NCBI GenBank assembly: GCA_030628445.1
Contig: DAOVQV010000001.1
Span: 1 to 36,229, forward strand
Length of the DNA: 36,229 nucleotides
DNA from: Phycisphaerae bacterium
GTDB lineage: Bacteria; Planctomycetota; Phycisphaerae; SM23-33
Reading direction: 5' to 3'
The stretch's first letter is position 1. Each line of letters opens with the position of its first letter. Positions 25,701 to 34,400 of this stretch are shown here, in pieces. The notes under the pieces are model-generated. The model was given only the letters and a program-made list of their open reading frames with translations, was not told the DNA's origin and did not search any database. A program made the position numbers and the translations under genes.

Positions 25701-27213
25701 GCGCTTCTTTGATCCAGTTCAAAGCACTCTCATACCGCCGATACTCTATCTCGCGGCGGGCCTTCAGCAGCAGTGCAGGCGGATGCTTTCGCTGAGCGGG
25801 TGTCGCCAGGATCTGATCGACAATCCTGTCACCCTCCCCTGGATTCCCCTGCAGCTCGTAGAGTCGCAACAGCAATGTGGCGGCCTTCGGATCCACCACG
25901 CCGGTCTTGAGGAACGCGTCATGCGCCTGGCGCAGCAGGTCCACCGCCTCAGACAACCTGCCTTCCATGAATGCGATCCGCCCGACGATCTTGTTGCGCT
26001 GCCGGCTGCGCGGGGCGGTCTGTTCCACCTGCTGGAGGCAAGCTCTCACTTCCGTCATCAGCGTCTCGGTATCAACACCTTCCGACTCGACCATGTCCAA
26101 CAGCACGTTGGCCAGGAGGTAGTTCAGCTCCGCCCTAGCTGCTCCAAGGGGGCGCAGCTGCCGTTTGGCTTCCTCATCCTCGCGCCCGGCCAGCTCTTCG
26201 GCTTTCCGTTCGACGGCTGAAAGGCCCTCGCGCAGCACTGAGCTGGCTTCGTCGGGCTGCCTCTGGGAGATGCGGAGCTGCGCCTCCAAGACATAGACCT
26301 TTTCGTCGGTGCTGTCGACCTTCTTGGCCTCTTGAAGGGCTTCGAAGGCTTCGGCGACATTGTCGGCGGCGTAATGGAACTGCGACAACTCGATGTATCC
26401 GGCCGCACTTCCGGGTTCTCTGCGGATCGCCTCATCGATCTGTGCACGGGCGGCGTCCCGCTTTCCAGTACCGCGAAGATATCTGGCGTGAGCGATGCGC
26501 ATGTCGGCGCTGTCGGGGATAGTGGCAATTGCCTCGGCGAAGGTGGCCTCGGCCTCATCTCGCTTGTCCACCCGCAGAAGGAACCCAACCATCGCCCGCC
26601 AGTAGTCGACAACATCACCCTTGAGTTTGACGGCCTCTCGGAGATCCTCCAGCACGCTGTCTATCCATTCCCCTCCCATTGTCTCCGCCAACTCCATCTT
26701 GGCCCGTCCGCGTCTGAAGTACGTGGCATGATCATCCGGAACAAGCTCGAGCAGCTTGTCGGCCTGCTCGATGTACGGACGCCAGCGGCCGGCGCCACTG
26801 GCCTCCGACCACAACAGCTCGCACAAGTACCGTTGCGCCTCGGTGTACTTCGGATCCAGACGCAGCGCCACTTCCAAGGCTCCCCTGCCGCGACCGTACT
26901 GCTGAATCACGTCAGATCGAGTGAGCTCCGGATCTTTAAATGCCCAATCCACGCTGGTGCGAGCCAAGTCGTAGTAGTATTTCGGGGCGAGTTCATGGCC
27001 GGCCTTTTCCGCCTCTCCGGCGGCGGCGCCATAGTACTTCACGGCTTCACGGTAGTTCCCGGCCTGCAGCTCCTCCTCAGCCTTGGCCGCCAAGGCCGTC
27101 GGGTCTTTTGGCAAACGGGCGATAACAGCCGCCAGCACACCAACCGCCAAGATCCCGCCCATAACCGACAATAAAACCACCACACGCTTGTTAAGTTTCT
27201 TCCGCTTAGCCAT
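22720..27213 (-). CDS. Giant membrane-anchored TPR-repeat protein (possibly PrsT-like, exosortase-system associated)
   Basis: 1497 aa with an N-terminal K/R-rich segment and one TM helix. Dozens of TPR-like units (A..Y..AL..DP.. pattern) fill the rest. It lies between the EpsI-like and Wzc-like genes with 27- and 4-nt gaps. Confidence 0.85.
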   Translation of the reverse strand: MAKRKKLNKRVVVLLSVMGGILAVGVLAAVIARLPKDPTALAAKAEEELQAGNYREAVKYYGAAAGEAEKAGHELAPKYYYDLARTSVDWAFKDPELTRSDVIQQYGRGRGALEVALRLDPKYTEAQRYLCELLWSEASGAGRWRPYIEQADKLLELVPDDHATYFRRGRAKMELAETMGGEWIDSVLEDLREAVKLKGDVVDYWRAMVGFLLRVDKRDEAEATFAEAIATIPDSADMRIAHARYLRGTGKRDAARAQIDEAIRREPGSAAGYIELSQFHYAADNVAEAFEALQEAKKVDSTDEKVYVLEAQLRISQRQPDEASSVLREGLSAVERKAEELAGREDEEAKRQLRPLGAARAELNYLLANVLLDMVESEGVDTETLMTEVRACLQQVEQTAPRSRQRNKIVGRIAFMEGRLSEAVDLLRQAHDAFLKTGVVDPKAATLLLRLYELQGNPGEGDRIVDQILATPAQRKHPPALLLKARREIEYRRYESALNWIKEALRIDPNNPEALQLKAVLEASAAAPEGLVEGKVGRQAMAVLLDRAQRLWAEEQRDQAIGLLVELYEKAPENVPVVVQLARMYASDGRRDEAVKLLAAARARLGENEDIDFEMARLGETDPEKRFEMLLERVDKKFADDLLSAALTKANACAIVGNARRELTYLREAERLDPDSPVLIQQMFTYATRQKDWPLAEQYAEKAAEADVDGLEGAGVRIRLAQAKGEYESAIAALQELLARRPELKTAWVAIGQCYLATEQFVRARESYAEAERRDPGFAAAIIGLARVAERQNKWQEHERWIRRAYQLPLSRRNPYVSQSYLNYEEKNATDETIAAKIIPKRERIAKRQPNDLINRYHLAVLYERMERFGQAEKTYRYIYDNASDKIGAAKLLAEYYIRAQKSSLVDKIFSELLTKAQTPADKAKIWIAWSTSLQFYSLEQALAALGKAIESDPNLPDGYLAKAQYLAKQQRWAEAVGAMETYLQLNPPNPENARKDLILYLIESGKTDEAAKRIDAILSADSTDAHGLTLKGIIAWKQRQLSKAESLFDRAIEMNPDSLLPLRYRTKLRVERGEFARAKEDLQKSLQLSDAVALSMDLAAVCRTLGELTQAEQVYRDILRDNPRHERAGEQLVSLYLQQGKWDQMESQLRSGRRLFPDNVMLVLHEAQMWRARNDLVRQMSAYAKAVEMAPRSRPVVTGYMTALLEAGKYDDVIRIAGRYEDEPEWAAVIKAHRAAALAKKGKSTEAEQLFITAVQTATPNQLGPVLAQAELAYGLALAPQKINRWADRRGDWNIYFRLGAMCKKAELQKRRPNYSAAIIAYHKALELTDEPQAVVTINSELGITYAQMRQWKDSEKVYLAVLEIRPDEMAALNNLAYIYVDELDEPQKAEPLAKRALDLRPGDQNVIDTYGWTLAKLGQYDEAKRQLLRSLQIGQPIPDNRYHLGWVYEQTRQYGQALHQYQLALELVADRPEEDTLKKSITEAIGRVRADIGRE

Positions 27214-27240
27214 TTGTATCCTCAGGTTTTCACTAGTTCT

Positions 27241-28131
27241 TTAATCCGGCGCCCCAGGGCCTTCGGCGTCCAGTCTTTCAATTTCACTGTGGGTCGGCAG
27301 AACCCGCAGGACGGCTGGGAGGAAGACATTCATAAACTTCTCGGCCTCTAAATCGGCCTCGGCGGCGCTTCCGATCCCACCGGACCCGGAAGGAGCAAAC
27401 GGGGCGAACTGAATCTTCGCAAAAAAGCAATGACGGACCCACGGATACGACAAGGCCAGACGGACGCGCTCCCACCGCGTCTCGGGCACACCATTCAAGC
27501 TGAAGGTATAGTATTCCGCCCCGCCTTCGGCAGCAAGCCCGCCAACGCTTCTCCTGCGGAAATGGACCCGTCGGAATTTGACCGCATCGTCCCAGCCCGC
27601 CCGGGCAGCGGGAATGTTGAACGAGATATTCTTCCTGTCCAGCACCTCCACGCCGCCAGCGGTCAGACACCGCTCCGGGACGTGCGGAACGTTGTCACGC
27701 ATCCCAGTGTAGTAATAGACCTCAAGCCGCCAGTACCGATACGGGCTGTTCCGGTCGGACATCCGCGTATCTTCATAGACGCGGTTGACGTACCAGTTGC
27801 TGCGTCGAAGCGGATATCGATCCTTATCGTAACTGCTACCCAGGCCCAACGCCCGCATCATGTCCTCGTCGAAGATTATCTCCCCACCATCGATAAGCTT
27901 GAAGGGCCCGAGGCGTTGGGGAAACGTCAAGAGCCTGAAGTCGCGCGAGACGCCAGTACCCTCGGGCCAAGGGACGGGCTGCCTGTCGGCCCGCTGAAAG
28001 GCGTGAATCCCAGCGGCCACGCATAGGAGGAGAGCTGCGGCAATCAGAAAATGCGCGTTCGCCTCGCACCACCCCCCCACGCCGCGGCGGCGGATGCGCT
28101 TCTCAGTACTGTCCTTGCTTTGTCCCGTCAT
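27241..28131 (-). CDS. Exosortase-associated EpsI-family-like protein
   Basis: The start overlaps the exosortase stop (4-nt overlap). It has a single N-terminal TM helix followed by a soluble domain. The assignment rests mainly on its position immediately downstream of the exosortase, where EpsI-type partners are normally encoded or fused. Confidence 0.55.
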   Translation of the reverse strand: MTGQSKDSTEKRIRRRGVGGWCEANAHFLIAAALLLCVAAGIHAFQRADRQPVPWPEGTGVSRDFRLLTFPQRLGPFKLIDGGEIIFDEDMMRALGLGSSYDKDRYPLRRSNWYVNRVYEDTRMSDRNSPYRYWRLEVYYYTGMRDNVPHVPERCLTAGGVEVLDRKNISFNIPAARAGWDDAVKFRRVHFRRRSVGGLAAEGGAEYYTFSLNGVPETRWERVRLALSYPWVRHCFFAKIQFAPFAPSGSGGIGSAAEADLEAEKFMNVFLPAVLRVLPTHSEIERLDAEGPGAPD

Positions 28132-29153
28132 GTCGAAGACCCCTCCGCCGGCGCGTCGGGCCCCGGCGAGCCTTCCTCGTCCACCTCGCTGTACAGACTA
28201 TTCAGAATCCACCCAACCACCCAGAGCATCAGAAAGGCCGGAACCAACATCAACATGCCCGTAAACTCGTGCATGAAATCCTGCCCAAGCTCCGGTAAGT
28301 CCAGGTAGTACATCGAGCACGTAATCGTGACCCGAATCACGTTGCAGGCAATCGCCACGGGCACGCCCATTACCACCACGATTATTCTTTGCCAGATCGG
28401 CCTTTCAGCAAGATAGGCCATCGCCACGCTGAGGGCCAAAAACGCCATCAACAGTCGCACGCCGCTGCAGGCTTCTTCAACCATCAGCGGATACCACTGA
28501 CCGCTTGCGCTGCGGAGCGTCAGCTTGGACGCCTCCACTTCAATACTTACCCCGAAAAGCTGGATGATGTTCGCCGAGAATTTGGCGGCAAGGTTCTGCA
28601 GCGGCAGCGCGATGCGCCCGTAATATATCCCGGGGACCGGCATGGCGAACACCAGAAACAAAATAGGCAGCCACGTCAGGCGCAAGATCCCCCAACCACC
28701 CAGATACAGCACCAGTCCCATCGCCAGCAGGACCATGGTCACCTGGGAAGACCAGGGATTTCGAATCCAATAGGACAGCACCTGCCCGACGCCGGCAGCG
28801 ACGATCACCGCCAAGCCCCAAGGGCTGCTGCGGCGCCTCGCCAGAAGCAGCTCGGAGCGTCGGACGTATAAAAGATAAAGGCTGAACAAGGGAATAATGA
28901 ACCCGTGCGACCAGTTCGGATCGTCCAGCCACCCGCGCACAAGGATCGGAAACTGGCGGTAGTTCATCGCCACTACGACCCCGGCGAGTATGGCGATCTT
29001 GGCGACGGTGGTGATCGGGAGGCTTTGGCGAAGGGAGATCGCCTCCGGTTGGGCCACCATATCGGCCAAAGAGCCCGCAGCCTGTCCAGCCGCGGGCGCC
29101 TGCTTTTGAGGACTGTCCGTCATCTTACAAACAAGCATCCCACCCCGGCCCAT
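28128..29153 (-). CDS. Exosortase (EpsH/Xrt family transpeptidase)
   Basis: Polytopic membrane protein with the hallmark catalytic-Cys motif MVEEACSGVRLLMAF and the downstream conserved Arg motif IACNVIRVT. The start overlaps the Wza-like stop by 1 nt (TAATG). An alternative ATG lies at 29123. Confidence 0.88.
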   Translation of the reverse strand: MGRGGMLVCKMTDSPQKQAPAAGQAAGSLADMVAQPEAISLRQSLPITTVAKIAILAGVVVAMNYRQFPILVRGWLDDPNWSHGFIIPLFSLYLLYVRRSELLLARRRSSPWGLAVIVAAGVGQVLSYWIRNPWSSQVTMVLLAMGLVLYLGGWGILRLTWLPILFLVFAMPVPGIYYGRIALPLQNLAAKFSANIIQLFGVSIEVEASKLTLRSASGQWYPLMVEEACSGVRLLMAFLALSVAMAYLAERPIWQRIIVVVMGVPVAIACNVIRVTITCSMYYLDLPELGQDFMHEFTGMLMLVPAFLMLWVVGWILNSLYSEVDEEGSPGPDAPAEGSST

Positions 29154-31045
29154 TATAGCCGGGTAAAACGGTTGGACCTAGGCGTACCATAAAGCAGCGG
29201 CTCGGAGAAGTTCCGGTCGTAGATGAACCCGAACCCGTACGTCATCCTGAACGCGTTTCGCACCACCGCGTAGAAGATCGACCGCACGTCCGTGCCCACG
29301 CAGATCATGTCATCTGGTTTGAGGAATATATCGGGTTCCTCGCCCCGGAACATGGCTTCGATGTTAAGTGGGATCGTCTGCTCCTGGTAATGGCCCACGC
29401 GCCGGATGAGGATAGCATTCTCCGGCCAGGCGAGCAGATTCATGTTCCCGGCCGACGTGACCGCCTGCTTGACCGTGACCCTGCGCCCGCTAAGCCTAAA
29501 GACCCCGGGATGTGACACTTCTCCCATGACGTAGTACTCACCGACATCCAGCCACGGCACCTGGATTATGTCGTTATCGCGAATCACGATGTTCATTCTG
29601 GGATCGCCCATGTTCAACTGGCGCAGGTTGATGGCGATGATCCTCGCCAACCCGGTCTTGTCCATCGCCAGCCACCCGAACGGATCGTCCGCCTCCAGTG
29701 GCGCCGGTGCCGGCGGGGGTCCAGCGACCGGAGGCTCAGGTGCAACCGGCTCGGCGGGAGCAGTCTCAATAGCAGGCCTGGTCGGGACAACCGGCCGAGT
29801 CACCGGCTCGGTCGCCGCTGTTGGGGCGACGGGGGCTCTAATCCACCGCCCGTTGGTGTAGGTCCACTCGTAATCCGGAGCTTCGCCGTCTTCATCGCCC
29901 AGGCGGGCAGGACGTGGCGACGACCCACCGATAAGCTCGGCCATCTCGCTGAAGCAAAACAGCTCAGACAAGGGCGGAGGTTCGGTGTGAACCGGTTTGC
30001 TTACGCGTCCCGGGGACGGGACGAGCTGCTCCAGTTCCTGGATCGCCTCGTCGCGGGTTTGCGGTTGGGGCTTGGGCTCCTGCGGCTCGGGTGCGGGGAC
30101 GGCCTGTTTTGTTTCCGGCTCGGTTGGCTCGGGCGAGGAGGGGGCAGTCGGTTCGGCCTGAGGAACACTCGGCTCGGGCGCCGGGGCAAACAGTTCGTCC
30201 GGGGCCAGTGGAGTCATTGTCGGTTCGGGCGCGGGGGCAAACAGTTCGTCCGGGACCAGTGGAGTCGTTGTCGGCTCGGGCGCGCCCGGCAGTTCGGGTA
30301 GTTGGGGCAGTTGGGGTAGCTCGCCTGGTTCGAGCTCTATCTCGGGCGGTCGGGCGCCGGCGCGTCGAGCCCGCTCGGGGCGAATGATGTAGATATAACG
30401 AATATTCTGCTGCACCACGTCGCCCGCCAGTGCCAGCGCCTCCATCAGCCGCATGTCCGGGCGAATTATATTGTACGTGTTGGGTCTGTCCACCGCGCCG
30501 CGGATGGAGAATGTGCTCTGCCGCCGCGCGATAACCATGACCGAAACGGTCGGATCCAGCAGGATTTCCGGACTGTAAGAATCTTTGATCACCTGGATCA
30601 ACTTATCCTTGGTCCGGTCGGCGGCCTTTATCCTCTGCGGGACCAGGGGCAGATCGATGTACCCACTTTCGGTTACCTGACGCTGAACGGGCGTCTCAAG
30701 GCCTTCCTGGAAAAGATCGAGTATGCGCACCTCGAGGATATCCGAAGGTCCGATCACGTAGTCCTCGTCGGAGTACTCCAGGTCCTCCATTTGGGGGAAG
30801 GTCGCGTTCGGGACCAACTCGTCGACCTGGTCGACAACTCCTATGCTGGGTAAGATCGGGTTGATAGGCATCCCGTCGCCGGCGGGCTGCCTGACTACCT
30901 TCTCAGGTCCGAGCAGCCTGGTGCGGTCCGTCTTGAAGAAGTCTTGAGCCATCTGGCCAACCTGGGCGCATCCGCCCAGGCAGAGCGACACGGCCAGGAT
31001 CCAGATTGCTACAGGGTTATGTGCAGCGTTTGGTCCTATCACCAC
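29153..31045 (-). CDS. Outer-membrane polysaccharide export lipoprotein (Wza/EpsE-like, Poly_export + SLBB) with a large Pro-rich insertion
   Basis: GTG start. The lipobox is LCLGGCAQ. The Poly_export motif is DYVIGPSDILEVRILDL...SGYIDLPLV. SLBB-like segments include FSIRGAVDRPNTYNI...LMEALALAGDV and YYVMGEVSHPGVFRL. A ~240-aa P/E/A-rich insert spans aa ~224-466. Confidence 0.85.
   Translation of the reverse strand: MVIGPNAAHNPVAIWILAVSLCLGGCAQVGQMAQDFFKTDRTRLLGPEKVVRQPAGDGMPINPILPSIGVVDQVDELVPNATFPQMEDLEYSDEDYVIGPSDILEVRILDLFQEGLETPVQRQVTESGYIDLPLVPQRIKAADRTKDKLIQVIKDSYSPEILLDPTVSVMVIARRQSTFSIRGAVDRPNTYNIIRPDMRLMEALALAGDVVQQNIRYIYIIRPERARRAGARPPEIELEPGELPQLPQLPELPGAPEPTTTPLVPDELFAPAPEPTMTPLAPDELFAPAPEPSVPQAEPTAPSSPEPTEPETKQAVPAPEPQEPKPQPQTRDEAIQELEQLVPSPGRVSKPVHTEPPPLSELFCFSEMAELIGGSSPRPARLGDEDGEAPDYEWTYTNGRWIRAPVAPTAATEPVTRPVVPTRPAIETAPAEPVAPEPPVAGPPPAPAPLEADDPFGWLAMDKTGLARIIAINLRQLNMGDPRMNIVIRDNDIIQVPWLDVGEYYVMGEVSHPGVFRLSGRRVTVKQAVTSAGNMNLLAWPENAILIRRVGHYQEQTIPLNIEAMFRGEEPDIFLKPDDMICVGTDVRSIFYAVVRNAFRMTYGFGFIYDRNFSEPLLYGTPRSNRFTRL
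30169..30296. repeat. 51-bp tandem repeat (about 2.5 copies) inside the Wza-like CDS
   Basis: Units start at 30169, 30220 and 30271 (TCGG[C/T]TCGGGCGC[C/G]GGGGCAAACAGTTCGTCCGGG[G/A]CCAGTGGAGTC[A/G]TTG). They encode the 17-aa repeat T(T/M)TPL(V/A)PDELFAPAPEP on the minus strand. Confidence 0.85.
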
Positions 31046-31489
31046 AGATCTTCCCTACACTGATATCCCAATACGATTCGGAACTGCGCGTCCGGCGTGG
31101 CGGCGGTTAGGGTCTTCCCAAGACGTCAGTAGACGGAAGGTACCCAAACGCAGAGGCGCATTTGCCACAGACGACCATCCATGTCGCTTAAGAGGGTGCA
31201 TTCCTTTTGGCACTTTCACAACTCCTCCGACCTGCGCTGCGAAAAGGGGACGGGCGCAGGCGAAGGACATCTTTGAAGGATTATCGGCCATCCATTCCTC
31301 CATCTTTATAGAATGTAAGGGCTTGGCGACGTTGTCCCGTCGGCGGGGCCCTCCGGTTTTCTGGTCCCGGCCAGCGGCAGTTTATACGTCGCGACCCACC
31401 CGAAAGGTTCGCCGAACAGAGAAATTATCGACTTGCGGATTCGGCCCACAGGGGCGGGCGGGTGGTTCGTCAAACGCCCCGGGTACTGA

Positions 31490-34400
31490 TCAGACGCCGG
31501 TGACCCTTTCGACAAGTGCCCGCTTGAAGCCCATCAGGATCGGACTGGCGACGGCCACCGACGAGTAGGTCCCGAAAACGATCCCCGCTAGCAGCGCGAA
31601 ATTGAACGCGTGCATCCCGGGGCCGCCGGCGACGTACATGATCAGGACGACCAGGAACGTCGTGGCCGACGTAAGCAGCGTCCTGGGAAGTGTTTGGTTG
31701 ATCGCGGCGTTGATTACCTCTCCGGATATGGTGGCCAGCTTCCCGCGGTTCTCGCGGACCCGGTCGAACACGACGATGGTATCGTTGACCGAGTAACCGA
31801 TGACGGTCAGGATGGCAGCCACGATCGCCAGGTCGATCTTGAACGATCCTATCCCCAGCGCCTGACCAACGACCGTCTCGTGCATCCAGCCCGACGCCGC
31901 CAGCAGACCCACTACGATGATCACGTCGTGGATCAAGCAGACAACCGCAGCCAGGCCCCATTGGATCGAACCAAACCGCAGCCACAGGTACAGCACAATC
32001 GCCAGCCAACTGACGACGATCGCAAAGATCGCCCTTTGGACGGCCTCGCCGGCGATGGCGGCGTCGAAGTTCGTCGCTAGCATCGCTTCGCTGCGGTTAA
32101 GCGCTGCTCCCAGCAGCTGTGACTCGTTTTGGGCGAATTGGCGCCACGCATCGGGTGTTTCCGCCGCCGTCGCCTCGCCCGGGCGAACGAAGATCGCGAA
32201 GCTGGAGTATCCTTCCCTCCCGGCGCTGCTCAGACCGATCACCTCGGTCGGGTTCAGTTGCCCCCCGAAGTCAGGCTGGTATCGCATGTCGCGGATTCGC
32301 TGCCGCAGTTGCGCCTCGCTCAGCGCCGGGGTCACATCGCCGATCACCAAGAGAACCCCGTCCTTGAAATCTTCAAAGATGTCCCAATAGGGCGAGTCGG
32401 GCACCGGGGCGACGCGCGTCAGGCCGTCGTCGGCGACGGTCAGGCCAAGCTGGGCCACCTCGCCCCCCCCCTTGACGAGTGCGAAGTCGCATGCCGCAAT
32501 TTGCTGAAGCTGCTTCCCGAACGCCTTGCGGGCCGTCTCCCGAATCAGCGACAACGTCGTCTCGGTCGTGGAGACCTGATATGAATTCGACGGGAGCGTC
32601 TCGGCCAGATGGGCCGCCGTCAGCGCCCCGTCGCCTTCGGCGCCGAGCTTCGCGAAGAACTCTTCGTCGCGACCGCGGGCCAACCACTCCTCCAGCGTGA
32701 TCTTCCCATCCTGGTCCGTGTCGTGATCGCGCATGAACTCGACTGCGCGGTTGGGATCTATCTGCTTTTCAACGCGGGTGGTGTCGGCAAGCTTAGCGTA
32801 TCGGGGGTCCTGGACCCGAAGCTGGCGGGCCTGGGCGACGAATAGGTTGCTGACCAGCGCGTCGTTGGGCAGCTCGCCGCCGATCAGCGCGTCGTCCTTG
32901 AATTTGACGATCGCCTGCGTCCCGGCCGAAAACTCAATCCCCAGTATGTCCCCGCCCTGCCAGACCAGCGACGCCATCCCCATCACCACCAGCAGCGCCG
33001 ACAGGCCCCAAAAAAAATACCGCTTGGACAGCCAGTTGACGCGCGGAATTCCCATCAGGCTCAGCATGAACACCGGCCGCTTGAGCAGCTTGGTGTCCAG
33101 AAGGAGCTGGAAGACCCAGCGCGTCACCACAAGGGATGTAAACATGCTGAAGCCCACGCCCAACCCCAACGTGATACCGAACCCGCGGATTTCCTCCGTC
33201 CCGATCCAGGCGAGTATCAGACACGTAATGACGGTGGTGATGTTGGCGTCGAATATAGCACTGAACGCCCGCTCGTAGGCGTTCTTCAGGCACATGCGGA
33301 CGGATTGGCCCTTGAGTTGCTCCTCTCTGAGCCGCTCGAAGATCAGGACGTTGGCGTCGACGGCGATACCAATCGTCAGGATCACCCCGGCGATTCCCGG
33401 AAGCGTAAAGACGGCCGACAGCAAGCTCATGGCCCCCAGCACCAGGATGATGTTCAGCAGCAGCGCCACGTCGGCGATGAACCCGCTGAGGAGGTAATAA
33501 ATCAGCATGAACCCAGCCACGGCGATCAGGCCCCAATACGCCGCCCGGATTCCCATCCGCCTGTTGACCTCGCCGATCGACGGTCCGAAGGTGTTCTCGG
33601 AGACCGGATCGGGGTTCAACCTGGCGGGCAGCGACCCGGCCTCCAGCGTGCGGATCAGCTCGTCCACTTCTTCGCGGCTGAACCTCCCGCTAATCTGGCC
33701 GCGGTCGGATATGGTCGTCCTGACAACAGGCGCCGAATACACCTCATCGTCCAACAGGATCGCCATGTAGTTACCGACGTTCCCACCGGTAAGCTTCGCC
33801 ATCCGTTTTGCGCCCGGCTCGTTCAGCCTGAACCCAATCGCCAGCCGGCCGAACTCGTCGATGTCCTCATGCGCCTTGGTGAGCTTCCACCCGCCGGCCC
33901 TGCGGTCGGATAGCATTACCTTACCGCCCTGGTTGCACAAAAGGATATAGTCCTTGGTTCCATAGCTTCCCGTCACCAACCCGGAGAACTGGCGGGCGTC
34001 TTCCCGTATGGCAAACCACTGCATCGGCGCGTTGCGCCGGCGCGGGGCTTCGGGGCCTTCCGTCTGAAGGGCTTCGAGATACTCGTTGTACTCCTGTCCG
34101 GTGAGACGGTATCCGGCTTCGCCGCCGACCATCTCGGCCGGTAAGCCCGGCGCGACGCGGAACTCCAACACCCCGGCCTTGGCGATAAGCCTCTTGAGGT
34201 CGGCGGGGTCTTCCAGGCGCTGGCGTGCGTCGGCCCAGGCCTCGTACAGTTGCACCAACGTGTCGATCTCGTCCGCACGCGACGGATGGGTTTGGCGCAG
34301 CCTCGCCAGCTCGGCGGTGCGCGTCTCGCGACGGCGGTCGATTTCCGCCTGCCCGCCTTTTCGCTTGCTCAGCGCTTCGGCCTCCGAGGCGCTGACGTAG

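Noticed and set aside
31055-31303. 82-aa ORF ending 9 nt before the Wza-like start (and the neighbouring 69-aa ORF 31306..31515).
   Set aside because: Codon third positions are far more A/T-rich than in neighbouring genes. No recognisable motifs, signal peptide or convincing RBS context are present. I treat the region as non-coding leader.
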